Shown here piece by piece: positions 1 to 10,875 of a stretch of DNA of 64,000 bases. The position numbers and the translations under genes were made by a program. The notes under the pieces are model-generated. The model had not been told where the DNA came from. It did no database searches and was given only the letters and a program-made list of their open reading frames with translations. The stretch is from Balanoglossus misakiensis (lineage: Eukaryota; Animalia; Hemichordata), in the NCBI GenBank assembly GCA_040954595.2, contig CM082595.2, positions 7,368,193 through 7,432,192 of the forward strand, given 5' to 3'. The first letter of the stretch is position 1. Each line of letters begins with the position of its first letter.

Positions 1-1639
1 CTTGAAATCTACTTCAAATAATCTCAACCATCTCACAAAATGCCTTTTTGATTGAGTGTGATGATACGCAATACACGACAATAAAAACATACACATATCG
101 TCTTTATTAAACAAACATTATGCAAGTACATGTTCTTTATACATTCTGTGGTATGCACCTTTTCTGTTACACATTGGGTATCAGATGCCATTAAACATCA
201 GTTTTTTTCAGAAAGTCATCCATTTTGGAACCGCAGTCATTCGTGGAGTGACGGTGTTAGTGCAATAAAGTCTATTACATTATTCCCTTATGAACATATA
301 TATTTTGCGTTTAATGCTTATATGTGCTGTGTACATTTTCCGCATGTGATATTTTTTACCCACAGTCAGACCGAGCCACGGAGAGGATCGCCGCGCCTAA
401 ATCCATTTCAGCGCCAGGATTAGTGTTAATCTACCTACGCGACGAGGAAAGAGAATTTTCTGAAAAGATATCTGTGACATTTCTCTATCATTATACCGTC
501 AAGTCAGATAAATGTTGCACCACAATTGAACCCCTTTCCCCCATACCTGAATAGAAACACATTTATCACGAGTTAATGTATCTGTCGGAACAATTTCCCT
601 CGGAGCAGATTTTTTTTTTCAAAGACAAGAGTTTGCGACCTTGACTGCGTTTATATCCAGTGTCAATAACACAGTTACATCTGGGTCAGTACTGGGTCAA
701 TGCTGTTTTGAAAGGATGTGTTCACCATTTGATATTCAGTGATCAAAAATCTGTTTTGATTGATGGATTAGGCGTGACGCGGGCCAGTAGTGGAATCGGG
801 TTTAATTCTTACTGCCCACAGGCTTATATGTCATGGCTAACATAGTTGAAAAGTAACCCCGAATATTGTATTCCGTCGACAGATCCCACGAAAGAACAAA
901 ATCTAGGCGTTAACAATATGTAAAGTGGTGACATATCGGATTTTCGGCTTCTTAAATTGCAAGGGAAATATTTGATTTCTATACGAGGTCTTGATACCGT
1001 GTAGCCATTTCATCACCTTTTGAAATTATTGATGACGCATACTAACATCAGTCTACTGTATCAAAATAATACATTTTGATTATTAATGTTAGTCTTTTGT
1101 ACACTCTAGACAGAACGTTTGCAACTTCATGGAATCGTCAATAAGTCCCTTTTAGGTTATGTTCCTAGACAAACGGCGGTATTGAAGAAATATCTCGCTA
1201 GATGGTAAGTAGCATCTGTCAACATTGATATCGCGCGGAATCGATGGCGGGGAATGCTTTCTTTTTCTATCTTGTCACCTCCAGATAACATCAAAGGAAA
1301 GCGGAAAGGAAGCGAAGACTACTTTCATGCACGCATGAGTACACACTCTAATGGGTGCCCATCCGCTCAGACTGTGCATGTACTTTAATGGGCAGACCCT
1401 AACACATCACACAATGAGTTTGTTTTCCTAGTCCCATGACAGATATGACAACTGTCGTGACTCAGTGTAGTTCCAATTGAGAATATAATCCAATTAAGTC
1501 AAATAAACGTATTCTATTCCAAAGAGCCTTGATCACAAATACAGCTGGTCGAAAATATGTAGACTCTAAAACTTCAAAGAAAGGCGCATTTATTATTGCG
1601 TCATGTATCAATAAATTCACAACGTTACGCAAAATTATG

Positions 1640-1750
1640 ATATATACATATATGTATGTATATGTATGTATGTATGTATATATATATGTATATAGGTGTG
1701 TGTTTGTGTGTGCGTACGTACGTGTGTGTGTGTGCGTGCGTGCGAGTGCG
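1640..1750. repeat. Compound microsatellite (TA/TATG)n-(TG)n
   Basis: Directly visible tatg, tata, tgtg and tgcg runs; explains the spurious ORFs at 1462-1869. Confidence 0.9.
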
Positions 1751-2863
1751 TAAATATGATAGTGGGCATTTTCACGACGAATATTATTAAACAAACTGCG
1801 TAACATGTATACTTCTTGTAATGCACTATTATGCAAATCTAAAGCATTAAACGTTGTGTAGAGAGTCACAATGAAAGAGAAGAATAATTCCTATTAGAGA
1901 TATCGGTTTACCTTATACGCCTATTTTCTTCCAGCCCAAGTAGAATCATGAGTACCGAATGAATCGTCGGCTACGTTAGCAACCACAAGCTTGATAAGTA
2001 CACCGGAGTCTCCCCCAGTCAATGTGATGCATGAGAGAAGCTAGGATATGATGAACTGACTCTGCCCTTCCTGAGCAGCAGCTATCGCAGCCACTATAAT
2101 CATTCATCTTCAACTTATGAATATTCAAATATGTTAATCATATTACATGTGTCAACTCCCCGGTAATGTCCTTCAGATGGAGTGTGCCTGCTTGAAGGGA
2201 CAATTCTACAATATTTATTGCTTTTTAAAGTGCTTAATGGCAAGAAGAATCGTCAAATGTATTAGGCCATCGATTAAGGAAAGCCAAACACACATCGAAG
2301 AAGTCATTACAGCGCAAAGAAACCTCAATCGTGTTTTAGAAGATATATATACCCGATGAATTTTCTCCTATACATAATAATACGAAATGATACTGAAATT
2401 TAAATGAAACTGCCCCAGCTTTTTGTCATATAACTTACTACAATGTGATTCAAAATTAAACAGAATCGCGTTGAAATTCTGTCGCCACTACGGAAACTAT
2501 GAAATGCCGTGGTCATGTATTGACGATGCAAAGTCGCGCATATAGGATAAGATTTATGTTTATCGAGCTGCTGTTAGCTGTCTTAAAGAAACGACATCAC
2601 TCTATGTTCAAAGCGCCCTGTGTACTGGTAGCGAATCTCCCTCAAACGACCATGCCTGGGAATTATTAGCGCTCTCTGATTATTCTACTATTGCTGTTTG
2701 ATGTAGCGTTGACTACTCATTATCCCTACCGCAGCAGCTGTGTTTCAAAATCAGCTGCAATCAGCTAACTACCATAAATAGTGATCTTCGTAAATATTAC
2801 CAAGATGTAAGGGAAGGCACGTATGCTTGAAGACGGCCTAACCGTTTAAATGGGCGCTTTATC

Positions 2864-2866
2864 ATG

Positions 2867-2905
<39 letters not shown>

Positions 2906-3155
2906 ATGTATGTATGTATGTATGTATGTATGTATGTATGTATGTATGTATGTATGTATGTATGTATGTATGTATGTATGTATGTATGTATGTATGTATG
3001 TATGTATGTATGTATGTATGTATGTATGTATGTATGTATGTATGTATGTATGTATGTATGTATGTATGTATGTATGTATGTATGTATGTATGTATGCATG
3101 CATGCATGCATGCATGCATGCATGCATGCATGCATGCACGCATGCATGCATGCAT
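2864..3155. repeat. Compound microsatellite (TG)n-(TATG)n-(CATG)n
   Basis: Directly visible; generates the HTYI/MYVC/HACM low-complexity ORFs. Confidence 0.97.
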
Positions 3156-4850
3156 GGACAGTTATTGCATTGGTTCATAGCTACAAAATAGAATGGCGCA
3201 CGTCATTCAAGCAAAGGGGGATTTTTTTTCGTAACTGTCTTTATTTGAATATTTGATGACGCACTATTCGCATGTATGCTGTGTTATTTCTAGCCAGATT
3301 TGTGTGTTTGTCGGTCAATAGAAATAAAAATAAAATGACATGTTCTGGGACGGTCGGATTGATTGAATATAATATGACACGGTACGTATTTTTACTGTTT
3401 CACATCAGAATCTGCGAATACATCAATAGTATAAAGAGAGCAATCGTTCCTACATGTGCCAAGACGGTTCCTTGTCTTTCATTGTTGAAATAAAGCAGTT
3501 TTGACAACGACTGAATAGTGGAAACAAGACCATATCACATGTCGTCAACATAGACACGAGTTGACCACCTGACTTGACCTCAAAGTTAAACTGGTATAAT
3601 AGAATCTAAATTGTCATGTGGCACTTCGACATTGTTGTCTGCAGTATAGGCGGGCAAACATCCATGAAAATTGTCAGGTATTGGTTTAGGTCACGTGTTC
3701 AAACATGTTAGTTTACTGATAACGTGCATACTTAACGAACTTGTTAAATAATGAGCCGAATTTGATGAAACTCGCTAGATATGTTGTTTTCATGTATTCA
3801 TAGTATTTAAATTTACTTATACACACCCCAAAATCATCAATAATCAATAAACTACAAATTTGCATATTTAATTAACTTTTCTTATAGTGAATGAAATTAC
3901 TGCATGTACACTGTACACTTGAAGGTACAAAGATCTGAATGTACCAGAAGACTAGACATTTACCAGTGTCGTGTTAATTAAGTGCTGATATGACTATTTA
4001 ACAAATTAGTGCGATTATTGCTTTAAATCGGGAACTATTGGAAAAATTGTTATGAAACTATTCTATCGTAAAGATAGCAATAATGGATAGTGAAGATTAA
4101 TTGCATTGGAAGCAAGTTGAATTTGGTGATAATTTATTGCTTAATTTTGCGCATTTCCACTCTTTACCTAACTATAAACACATGATCATATTCAGTTCAT
4201 ATAAAATGGTGCTACGTTATATTCGATGATTGGTAGTTAATCCAAAGCTTTAATTCTAAGTTGATATACGGCCTGTAGATATTTGTAAATACATATGTGA
4301 CTGTATCAGTTTAACATGGTTTTGTCCGAAGGTGATGTATCTGTACCTGTCGTTGCTATATTTAAATCTCTACTTCTTGTCTTCGTGGAATTATTTTATC
4401 ATAAAGGCACCGAATTGCCTTGTAACGCTGAGTAAACCTTTTTATAGTTTAATTTCATATTTCCGAATAAAATAATCCATTCTAATTTTACCGTACACCA
4501 CTTTATGCAATTGTCGTTCACTTAAATTGGGTTAGAGGTTTTGAGAATCGTAATCAAGGTCGTACAAATTATCTTTTGGCGGCCATGTTGATGAGGGTTC
4601 TTTGTAACGATAATCATTTGATCTTACCGGCCCTCTTTATCTGTTTGCCAGCTTTCTACTGATTACGATAATGTCGGTCGAATTAGCTTGGAAACCTTTA
4701 ACGACGGGAGCAACCATGTTCCGCAAGACACAATCAGGTGTAGTGAAACCATCAACGGTTTTTAAAGCGGGCTAAACGAGGAAGATAGAGCAATTTGCTA
4801 TCAAAGCACCCTCGTTATGTCTCTCGGAGGCATAGTGTGCCATCAGTGGT

Positions 4851-5441
4851 GTGACTCGGACCAAACGCCGAGAGCTAAGAATCCAAGGAACGCGTGCGCA
4901 GTGGGCACCAATCCAAGGAACGCGTGCGCAGTGGGGACCAATCCATGGAACGCGTGCGCAGTGGGGACCAATCCAAAGAACGCGTGCGCAGTGGGAACCA
5001 GACTATGAAGACATAAATGCTACAGCTCTATCCATCATGAAGAAAATAAACCCTGCAATCAATGAAAATGACATCGACGTCGCCCACCGAACGAGAGCAG
5101 TTGACAGACCCGGTACCAACAATCAGCCTAACCGCCCACGACCACGTCCCATCATAGTTCGCTTCACCACCAGGAAAGCAAGGAACAGCATCTACGACAA
5201 CAGAAGGAAACTGAAGAATACCACCGCCAGAGATTTTGGCTTTGACAGTTCATCAAAGATCTTCATCAATGAAAACCTGTTACCAGCAACCCGTCAACTA
5301 CTGTTCAAAGTCAACACTACAAGGAAAGAGGCCCGGTACCAGTTTATGTGGACAAACAACGGTAAAATCTATGTGAAGAAGAATGCCCAGTCAGCACCAC
5401 TCATCATCTCACGAGAAGCACAATTATCCAGCATTGTCTAA
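4851..5441 (+). CDS. LINE ORF1 protein, C-terminal part (L1-ORF1/Transposase_22-like RRM plus C-terminal domain); N-terminus missing
   Basis: Motifs DIDVAHR, PRPIIVRF, IFINENL and YQFMWTNNGKIYVKK are typical of this ORF1 type. In-frame TAG at 4833, GTG start only, no coiled-coil region. Confidence 0.8.
   Translation: MTRTKRRELRIQGTRAQWAPIQGTRAQWGPIHGTRAQWGPIQRTRAQWEPDYEDINATALSIMKKINPAINENDIDVAHRTRAVDRPGTNNQPNRPRPRPIIVRFTTRKARNSIYDNRRKLKNTTARDFGFDSSSKIFINENLLPATRQLLFKVNTTRKEARYQFMWTNNGKIYVKKNAQSAPLIISREAQLSSIV
4878..5000 (+). repeat. 30-bp minisatellite, ~4 copies (CCAATCCAAGGAACGCGTGCGCAGTGGGGA)
   Basis: Four near-identical units at 30-bp period, in frame with ORF1 (IQGTRAQWGP x4). Confidence 0.95.
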
Positions 5442-5469
5442 CTTTTTCCTTTGAACGATAAACAATCTC

Positions 5470-8436
5470 ATGAACACTGACTCTACAACACTAAATGATG
5501 GTGACCTCTTCAATGTAAGTCATCATACCCTTCCACCCTGTGATTTTGATGAACACTTTTCCCCCCAGCTTTATAATTCATTTTGTGTCTCCCATCTAAA
5601 TGTCAGATCATTACACAGAAACGTTGATGCCTTAAAATTACTATATGAAGATATTATCAAGTCCAAATTCGCTATCATTGGAATCTCTGAAGTATGGGAC
5701 CCAAATAATTTAAGTATTTGTAATATGCAAGATTACACATTAGAAGTGAAGTCTCGTGAAGTAGGAAGGGGTGGTGGGGTTGGGGCTTACATACATTCAT
5801 CAGTAATCTACAAGCTGCTACCAGCAAGTGTCAGTCACTCAGAATCACTCTGGATGGAGGTACAGGTTAAAAATACAAAGATGATTATGGGAATAGTCTA
5901 CAGAAAACCTAATACTGATATAACAGAATTTCAAATTAGTCTCATGCAAGTTTTAAACGAGCTCAGATGTGACAAAAATAATTGTATTTTAATGGGTGAC
6001 TTTAATATTGATACTAACATAAGACTGACCAACCCCAATATAGATTCATATCTATCCTCCTTGGAATGTATAGGCTTAAGACAGCTGATATCTACCCCAA
6101 CCAGAGTGACTAGTTCATCTGAGACTTTAATTGACCACATCTACACAAATATTAATCAACGTCCTATTCATGCTGGCACTATAATCACTGATATCTCAGA
6201 CCATTTCCCTGTGTATACTCTTTTAGAAAATATTCCTCTAAAATTGCCACAAAAAGAAAAAATTATTTTTAGAAATGTCAAAAACTATAGTCCCTCCCAA
6301 TTCTACGAAAATCTTGAAAGCACAACATGGGATTCTGTGTACCATTGCACTGATGCTAATGAGGCTTACAACAATTTTTATTCAGTCTTCAATGAAATTT
6401 GTGATAAACATGCACCTATTTCTACAAAATCGTATAGTACCAAAAAAATAAGAAAACCTTGGATCACCAAATCACTTAGAAAATCTATTAACACCAAACA
6501 TAGGCTATATAACAAATTATATAAATCAAAATTTAATAATGCTGTTGCTGTTGATAATTATAAAAAATATCGAAATATTTTATCGGCTTTACTCAGGAAA
6601 GCCAAACAGATGTACTATAGCAATATCTTTATACAAAATGAAAATAACACTACTGCAATATGGAAAACTATTAGAGAGATACTTGGAAGCCAAGGTAATG
6701 CCAGTCAATCTCTGCCAGATAATCTTTGTGTTAAGTCTAATGGTAAGGTACGAACCGTAACTAAGAAAACTGACATTGTCAATGAGCTAAATAACTACTT
6801 TGTTGGTATTGGTCCAGACCTTGCTAGTAAAATAAAGTCTAACAATTGCAACTTCAATAATTACCTCAAGGCACCCATCTCAAACTCATTCTTTCTTGCC
6901 CCAACAACTCAATTTGAAATACAAAAAGTTATTTGTAGCCTAGATCCTTATAAAGCTTGTGGCCAAGATCAAATTCCTGCTAGACTTCTTATAGATGGAG
7001 CTGCTGTAATATCTAAACCACTTGAATACATATTCAACCTCTCCTTTCATTCAGGAATATTCCCGAAAGCCCTAAAATCAGCAAAAGTTATACCAATTTT
7101 CAAGAAAGGAACCACTGATGATCCAGGAAATTACAGACCAATTTCAATTTTACCTCTTATAAGCAAAGTCTTAGAAAAAATAGTCAACTCCCGTCTTACC
7201 AACTTTGTAGAACAATTTAATATTCTATATGAACATCAGTATGCCTTTCGACAAAAATATAGTACCAAACTTTCTCTGATCAATCTTGTCAATTATCTCA
7301 TTAAGCAACTTGATGCTGGCAGAATTACACTTGGCATTTTCCTTGACTTTTCAAAAGCCTTTGATACCATTGATCATACAATATTACTATCTAAACTCTC
7401 TCACTATGGTATACGTGGACGTCCTTTACAATGGTTTACAGATTATTTAAAAGATAGATGTCAACATGTTTGTGCTGATGGCCATATCTCATCTAGCCAT
7501 AATATTACATGTGGAGTTCCACAGGGTTCTGTCCTTGGCCCTACTCTATTTTTGTTATTTATTAACGATATAGCCCTTTCTACACCCTTCTTCAACTTTC
7601 GGCTGTTTGCTGATGATACAAATCTGTTTCATACCTTCCCTGCAAACAAAAGTGATATCAATCTGAACCATGTTGACAGCCAGTTACAGCTGGTACTAGA
7701 TTGGTGCAATGCCAACAAACTCACCATAAATCACCTAAAAACAAATTACATTATTTTCAGGAATCAAAGACGAAACGTTTCCCATGTTGGTTCTCTCCAC
7801 ATAAATAATATGGTCATAAATGAGGTAGAAGCTGCATCATTTGTTGGCATTCTCATTGACAGGCATCTTACCTGGTCAAAACATATCCAGATGCTAAACA
7901 CAACCATCAGAAAGAAAGTTGGCATTCTCTTTAAACTCAGACATTTTGTACCTACCCCTATACTTACCTTACTCTACAAATCACTTATCCAACCACATAT
8001 AACATACGGCCTCGAAGTATGGGGGTCAACATATCCTTCATATCTCAACCGTATTAAGTTATTACAAAAAATGGCAGTAAGAGCAATAACCTTCAGTGAT
8101 TTCACAGCTCATTCAACTCCTTTATTCCATAAATTGAAAATCCTTGATATTTTCAAATTACATAAGCTCCAGGTATGCTCCTTCATGTATGATCTTGTAA
8201 ACAATAATCTTCCACAAAGGCTGACAACCTACTGTCAATTACCTCTCCATGACTACAGTACACGCCACAAAAAACAAGGTAATCTCCATATTCCAAGTGT
8301 AAATACAACAATGGGCAAATTTGCAATATCTTATAATGGCCCTCTCTTATGGAATTCATTACCAGAACAAATAAAAAACAAAAAATCCCAAAAAACTTTC
8401 CGGTACTCGCTCAAACAGATGTATTTAGAAAATTAA
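5470..8436 (+). CDS. LINE ORF2: apurinic-like endonuclease plus reverse transcriptase (988 aa)
   Basis: APE motifs HLNVRSL, GISEVW, YRKP, GDFNID, TRVT, IDHIY, SDHFPV. RT motifs PIFKKG, YRPISILP, FLDFSKAFDTIDH, GVPQGSVLGP, FADDT. No stops or frameshifts. Confidence 0.97.
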   Translation: MNTDSTTLNDGDLFNVSHHTLPPCDFDEHFSPQLYNSFCVSHLNVRSLHRNVDALKLLYEDIIKSKFAIIGISEVWDPNNLSICNMQDYTLEVKSREVGRGGGVGAYIHSSVIYKLLPASVSHSESLWMEVQVKNTKMIMGIVYRKPNTDITEFQISLMQVLNELRCDKNNCILMGDFNIDTNIRLTNPNIDSYLSSLECIGLRQLISTPTRVTSSSETLIDHIYTNINQRPIHAGTIITDISDHFPVYTLLENIPLKLPQKEKIIFRNVKNYSPSQFYENLESTTWDSVYHCTDANEAYNNFYSVFNEICDKHAPISTKSYSTKKIRKPWITKSLRKSINTKHRLYNKLYKSKFNNAVAVDNYKKYRNILSALLRKAKQMYYSNIFIQNENNTTAIWKTIREILGSQGNASQSLPDNLCVKSNGKVRTVTKKTDIVNELNNYFVGIGPDLASKIKSNNCNFNNYLKAPISNSFFLAPTTQFEIQKVICSLDPYKACGQDQIPARLLIDGAAVISKPLEYIFNLSFHSGIFPKALKSAKVIPIFKKGTTDDPGNYRPISILPLISKVLEKIVNSRLTNFVEQFNILYEHQYAFRQKYSTKLSLINLVNYLIKQLDAGRITLGIFLDFSKAFDTIDHTILLSKLSHYGIRGRPLQWFTDYLKDRCQHVCADGHISSSHNITCGVPQGSVLGPTLFLLFINDIALSTPFFNFRLFADDTNLFHTFPANKSDINLNHVDSQLQLVLDWCNANKLTINHLKTNYIIFRNQRRNVSHVGSLHINNMVINEVEAASFVGILIDRHLTWSKHIQMLNTTIRKKVGILFKLRHFVPTPILTLLYKSLIQPHITYGLEVWGSTYPSYLNRIKLLQKMAVRAITFSDFTAHSTPLFHKLKILDIFKLHKLQVCSFMYDLVNNNLPQRLTTYCQLPLHDYSTRHKKQGNLHIPSVNTTMGKFAISYNGPLLWNSLPEQIKNKKSQKTFRYSLKQMYLEN

Positions 8437-9143
8437 CTATAAATATATATATCTTTATATATAGTAGTTCAATTTATTCATTCAATGTATTTATTTCATG
8501 CAATTTTAGTTACTGTCTATGTACATAATTGCCTTTACAATGCTTCTCTCAAAGAAATACACTGCCCTCAAATAGAAATGTAAATATTTTTTATACCGCA
8601 ATGTACAGAGGAATGGGAACAGACTTGACTAGCACCTGCTATTTTCTGTTCCCAATTACCCTTTCATTCAACCTGTCTCACTCGTGAGTTATGTAAATAC
8701 TTTTCAACTTTTCAACAAGGGTAATAAATTGAATTGAAAAAAAAAAAAAAGATGCCTTCAGCTTCTGACGACATTGTGTTCTGCATATATACAGTGTGAG
8801 CCAATACTTATTTGAAAATAGATACACATTTTCTTTTGCAGGTTGTCCACCCATGTGCACGAATCTTTCAAATGTTATTGTACCTTCTGGGTTGGACATA
8901 AACATCGGATTGGACTCCAATTCTGACACTAGACATCGCCACCATCGCCATCAAAGTACATTGAGAGCTTTACACATGTTGTGTTACCTGACTGATCTGA
9001 TATTCGATGCTATGCAAATATGTAACCATGGCAACGGACTATTTAAGGCGTTTGGGTATGTCTATCAGATTTCGAGGCGATGTAGTGTAGCCAATCTATG
9101 CACGATAGATATCACAAGCAGCATGAAAAACTGGAGTCATTAA

Positions 9144-9328
9144 AGGTATACAGTCACCTCCAATTAACATACGCCCATATATGGCTGAAATGGCGTATTT
9201 GAGAGTTCTAAAGAACATAAGGTGGCGCTCTTTTTTTCGCGTGTGCCACCCACTGAAAATCTGTGATTGGCTAGATCTCAATTTGCCATGGTAACTGTAG
9301 CTATATTTCCATAGGTGACCGTATACAG
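9144..9328 (+). mobile_element. MITE family A copy 1 (TTAA-flanked, Kolobok-like non-autonomous DNA transposon)
   Basis: TTAA|AGGTATACAGTCACCT...AGGTGACCGTATAC inverted termini; body matches the copies at 14867, 40120 and 45363. Confidence 0.8.
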
Positions 9329-10750
9329 TTACATATACTGGAAAAATCAACCGTTGTTTGGATGGTTATACGGGAGATATCAGTCCATGTTCTTCAATAT
9401 TCAGCGCGTTATCTGTCACCGCGTGTCTTTCCCTGTCCCTATCTCAATCACAGTTACCCTTATCATCGCAATATCTCGCTGTGTGTAAAAGTTGTAACAC
9501 ATTATGTCGCCTGAAATCCAATTACCGGTACAATTACTCACAGAACCTGGACGAGTTCTGTTTTTACAATATGAGGGATTGAAACTCGCGAAATACGGCA
9601 AATCGGTGTTTACCAATTATTCATTTCGGCGAGATTTTTACTCTCATATCCTACAAACGGGATAGAAGTTGTGTGTCTTTGAATGTTGACTCTCTATATA
9701 TCCACATGTAGAATAACATAAACAGTGTCTTGTATCAAACATAATTAATGGAAAAAGGGCAGCGAGAGAGAGACTTTGTCCCTTTAATACAGGGGATTTA
9801 GCCAAAGTTCTTCCCAAGTGAAAGCTGTATGTATATGCCTGCAGGATTTGCTACTATTATCATGATTATGTCATTTGCTATTCAAACACCTTCAAGGTCA
9901 GTGACATAAATTCTTGCAAATTATAAGCAATTATTTGTGTAATCGTTCTCGTGTGACTAGGCAGCTGGCTACATGTACAGAGTAATTTGTATGTTTCCTT
10001 GTGTATTTATGTATTGAACATACATACATACATTTTAAAGGAAGACACAAAGTGGCACAGGTTAAAGCCCCATGAGCTGCAGCTTGATAAAACACGTTAA
10101 GTTTTCTATAATCTCTGATAATTTTCTGATAGTTTATCAAGAAAAGACAACATGGCAAATATAGAAAAAATATCAATGCAGTCGAAAATTCCCACAATTT
10201 AAAAAACACGTGCAATATTGCAATGAAAATTGAAAATGTAATGTCTCAGCGGAGTACATTGTGTGCCAGGTTATGAAATTATATCATTGCTGAAAGGTTA
10301 TTAACATGATTTACAGGACACAAACTCGTGTGTGTGTACAGACAGTGGCACAATTTCGTCCCTCTAATTTACACAGCTACATACATGAAAGTAGCAATTC
10401 GAAGTGGCGGTATCCTGGTGCACAACGGCAATTGCCATCTTGAGAATTTCTCTGTGTACACTGTAAAATTGGACGACCGTCCTGATGCTGATATAATTGC
10501 ACTTAGCAGACGAACAACGGGATTCGTGAAAGAAACACCATGCATTATCCATGTAGTCATGTGGGCGATTGTCAAACAGTAACAAAATAAGAGCTCCCTC
10601 GATGAGCATTTGTGGAAAGGCAAAACGTGGCTTGTGTTACAAACTACCGTTAACATCAACAACACGCAGCGATCCACCTGTGCAGACGTTGTAAGTTTCA
10701 TGGTTATTATTAAGATTAAAGCGTTACTAAAGATTACATACAGACACCAA

Positions 10751-10875
10751 TACCAGGTTCACATTGGGTAAAATCCAAAACGTCTCTGCGACACTATTTG
10801 CCTATAGTAAACACAGAGCATTAATCCTTCGAACGACTTGTGTCCACACACACAAAGTTTATGTGTGGGCGCTTA
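10751..10875 (-). mobile_element. Interspersed repeat family B fragment
   Basis: TACCAGGTTCACA...GACACTATTTGCCT..GTAAACAC...GTCCACACACACAAAGTTTATGT is the reverse complement of the copies at 32820-33071 and 58320-58518. Confidence 0.75.

Larger units (their letters stand above)
4847..8750 (+). mobile_element. Non-LTR retrotransposon (LINE), L2 group (Crack/Daphne-like), 5'-truncated but ORF2-intact
   Basis: ORF1 remnant, 28-bp spacer, then APE-RT ORF2 and a ~300-bp 3' UTR ending AATAAA (8723-8728) TTGAATTG + A14 (8737-8750). ORF2 ends LWNSLP..IK...FR..LK with no C-terminal CCHC knuckle, as in L2-group LINEs. The 5' boundary is uncertain (4847-4995). Confidence 0.93.

Noticed and set aside
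2797-3256. Overlapping 97-130 aa ORFs (HTYI/MYVC repeats); the same applies at 1462-1869, 23741-24214, 28699-29097, 41082-41294 and 42180-42420
   Set aside because: Translations of stop-free microsatellites, not genes.
4878-5000. 30-bp repeats as a CRISPR array
   Set aside because: Units are head-to-tail with no unique spacers, there are no cas genes, and the context is eukaryotic.
8796-9143. 115-aa ORF with a strong acceptor (ttttcttttgcag, ~8841)
   Set aside because: No recognisable product, no convincing donor and no partner exons.
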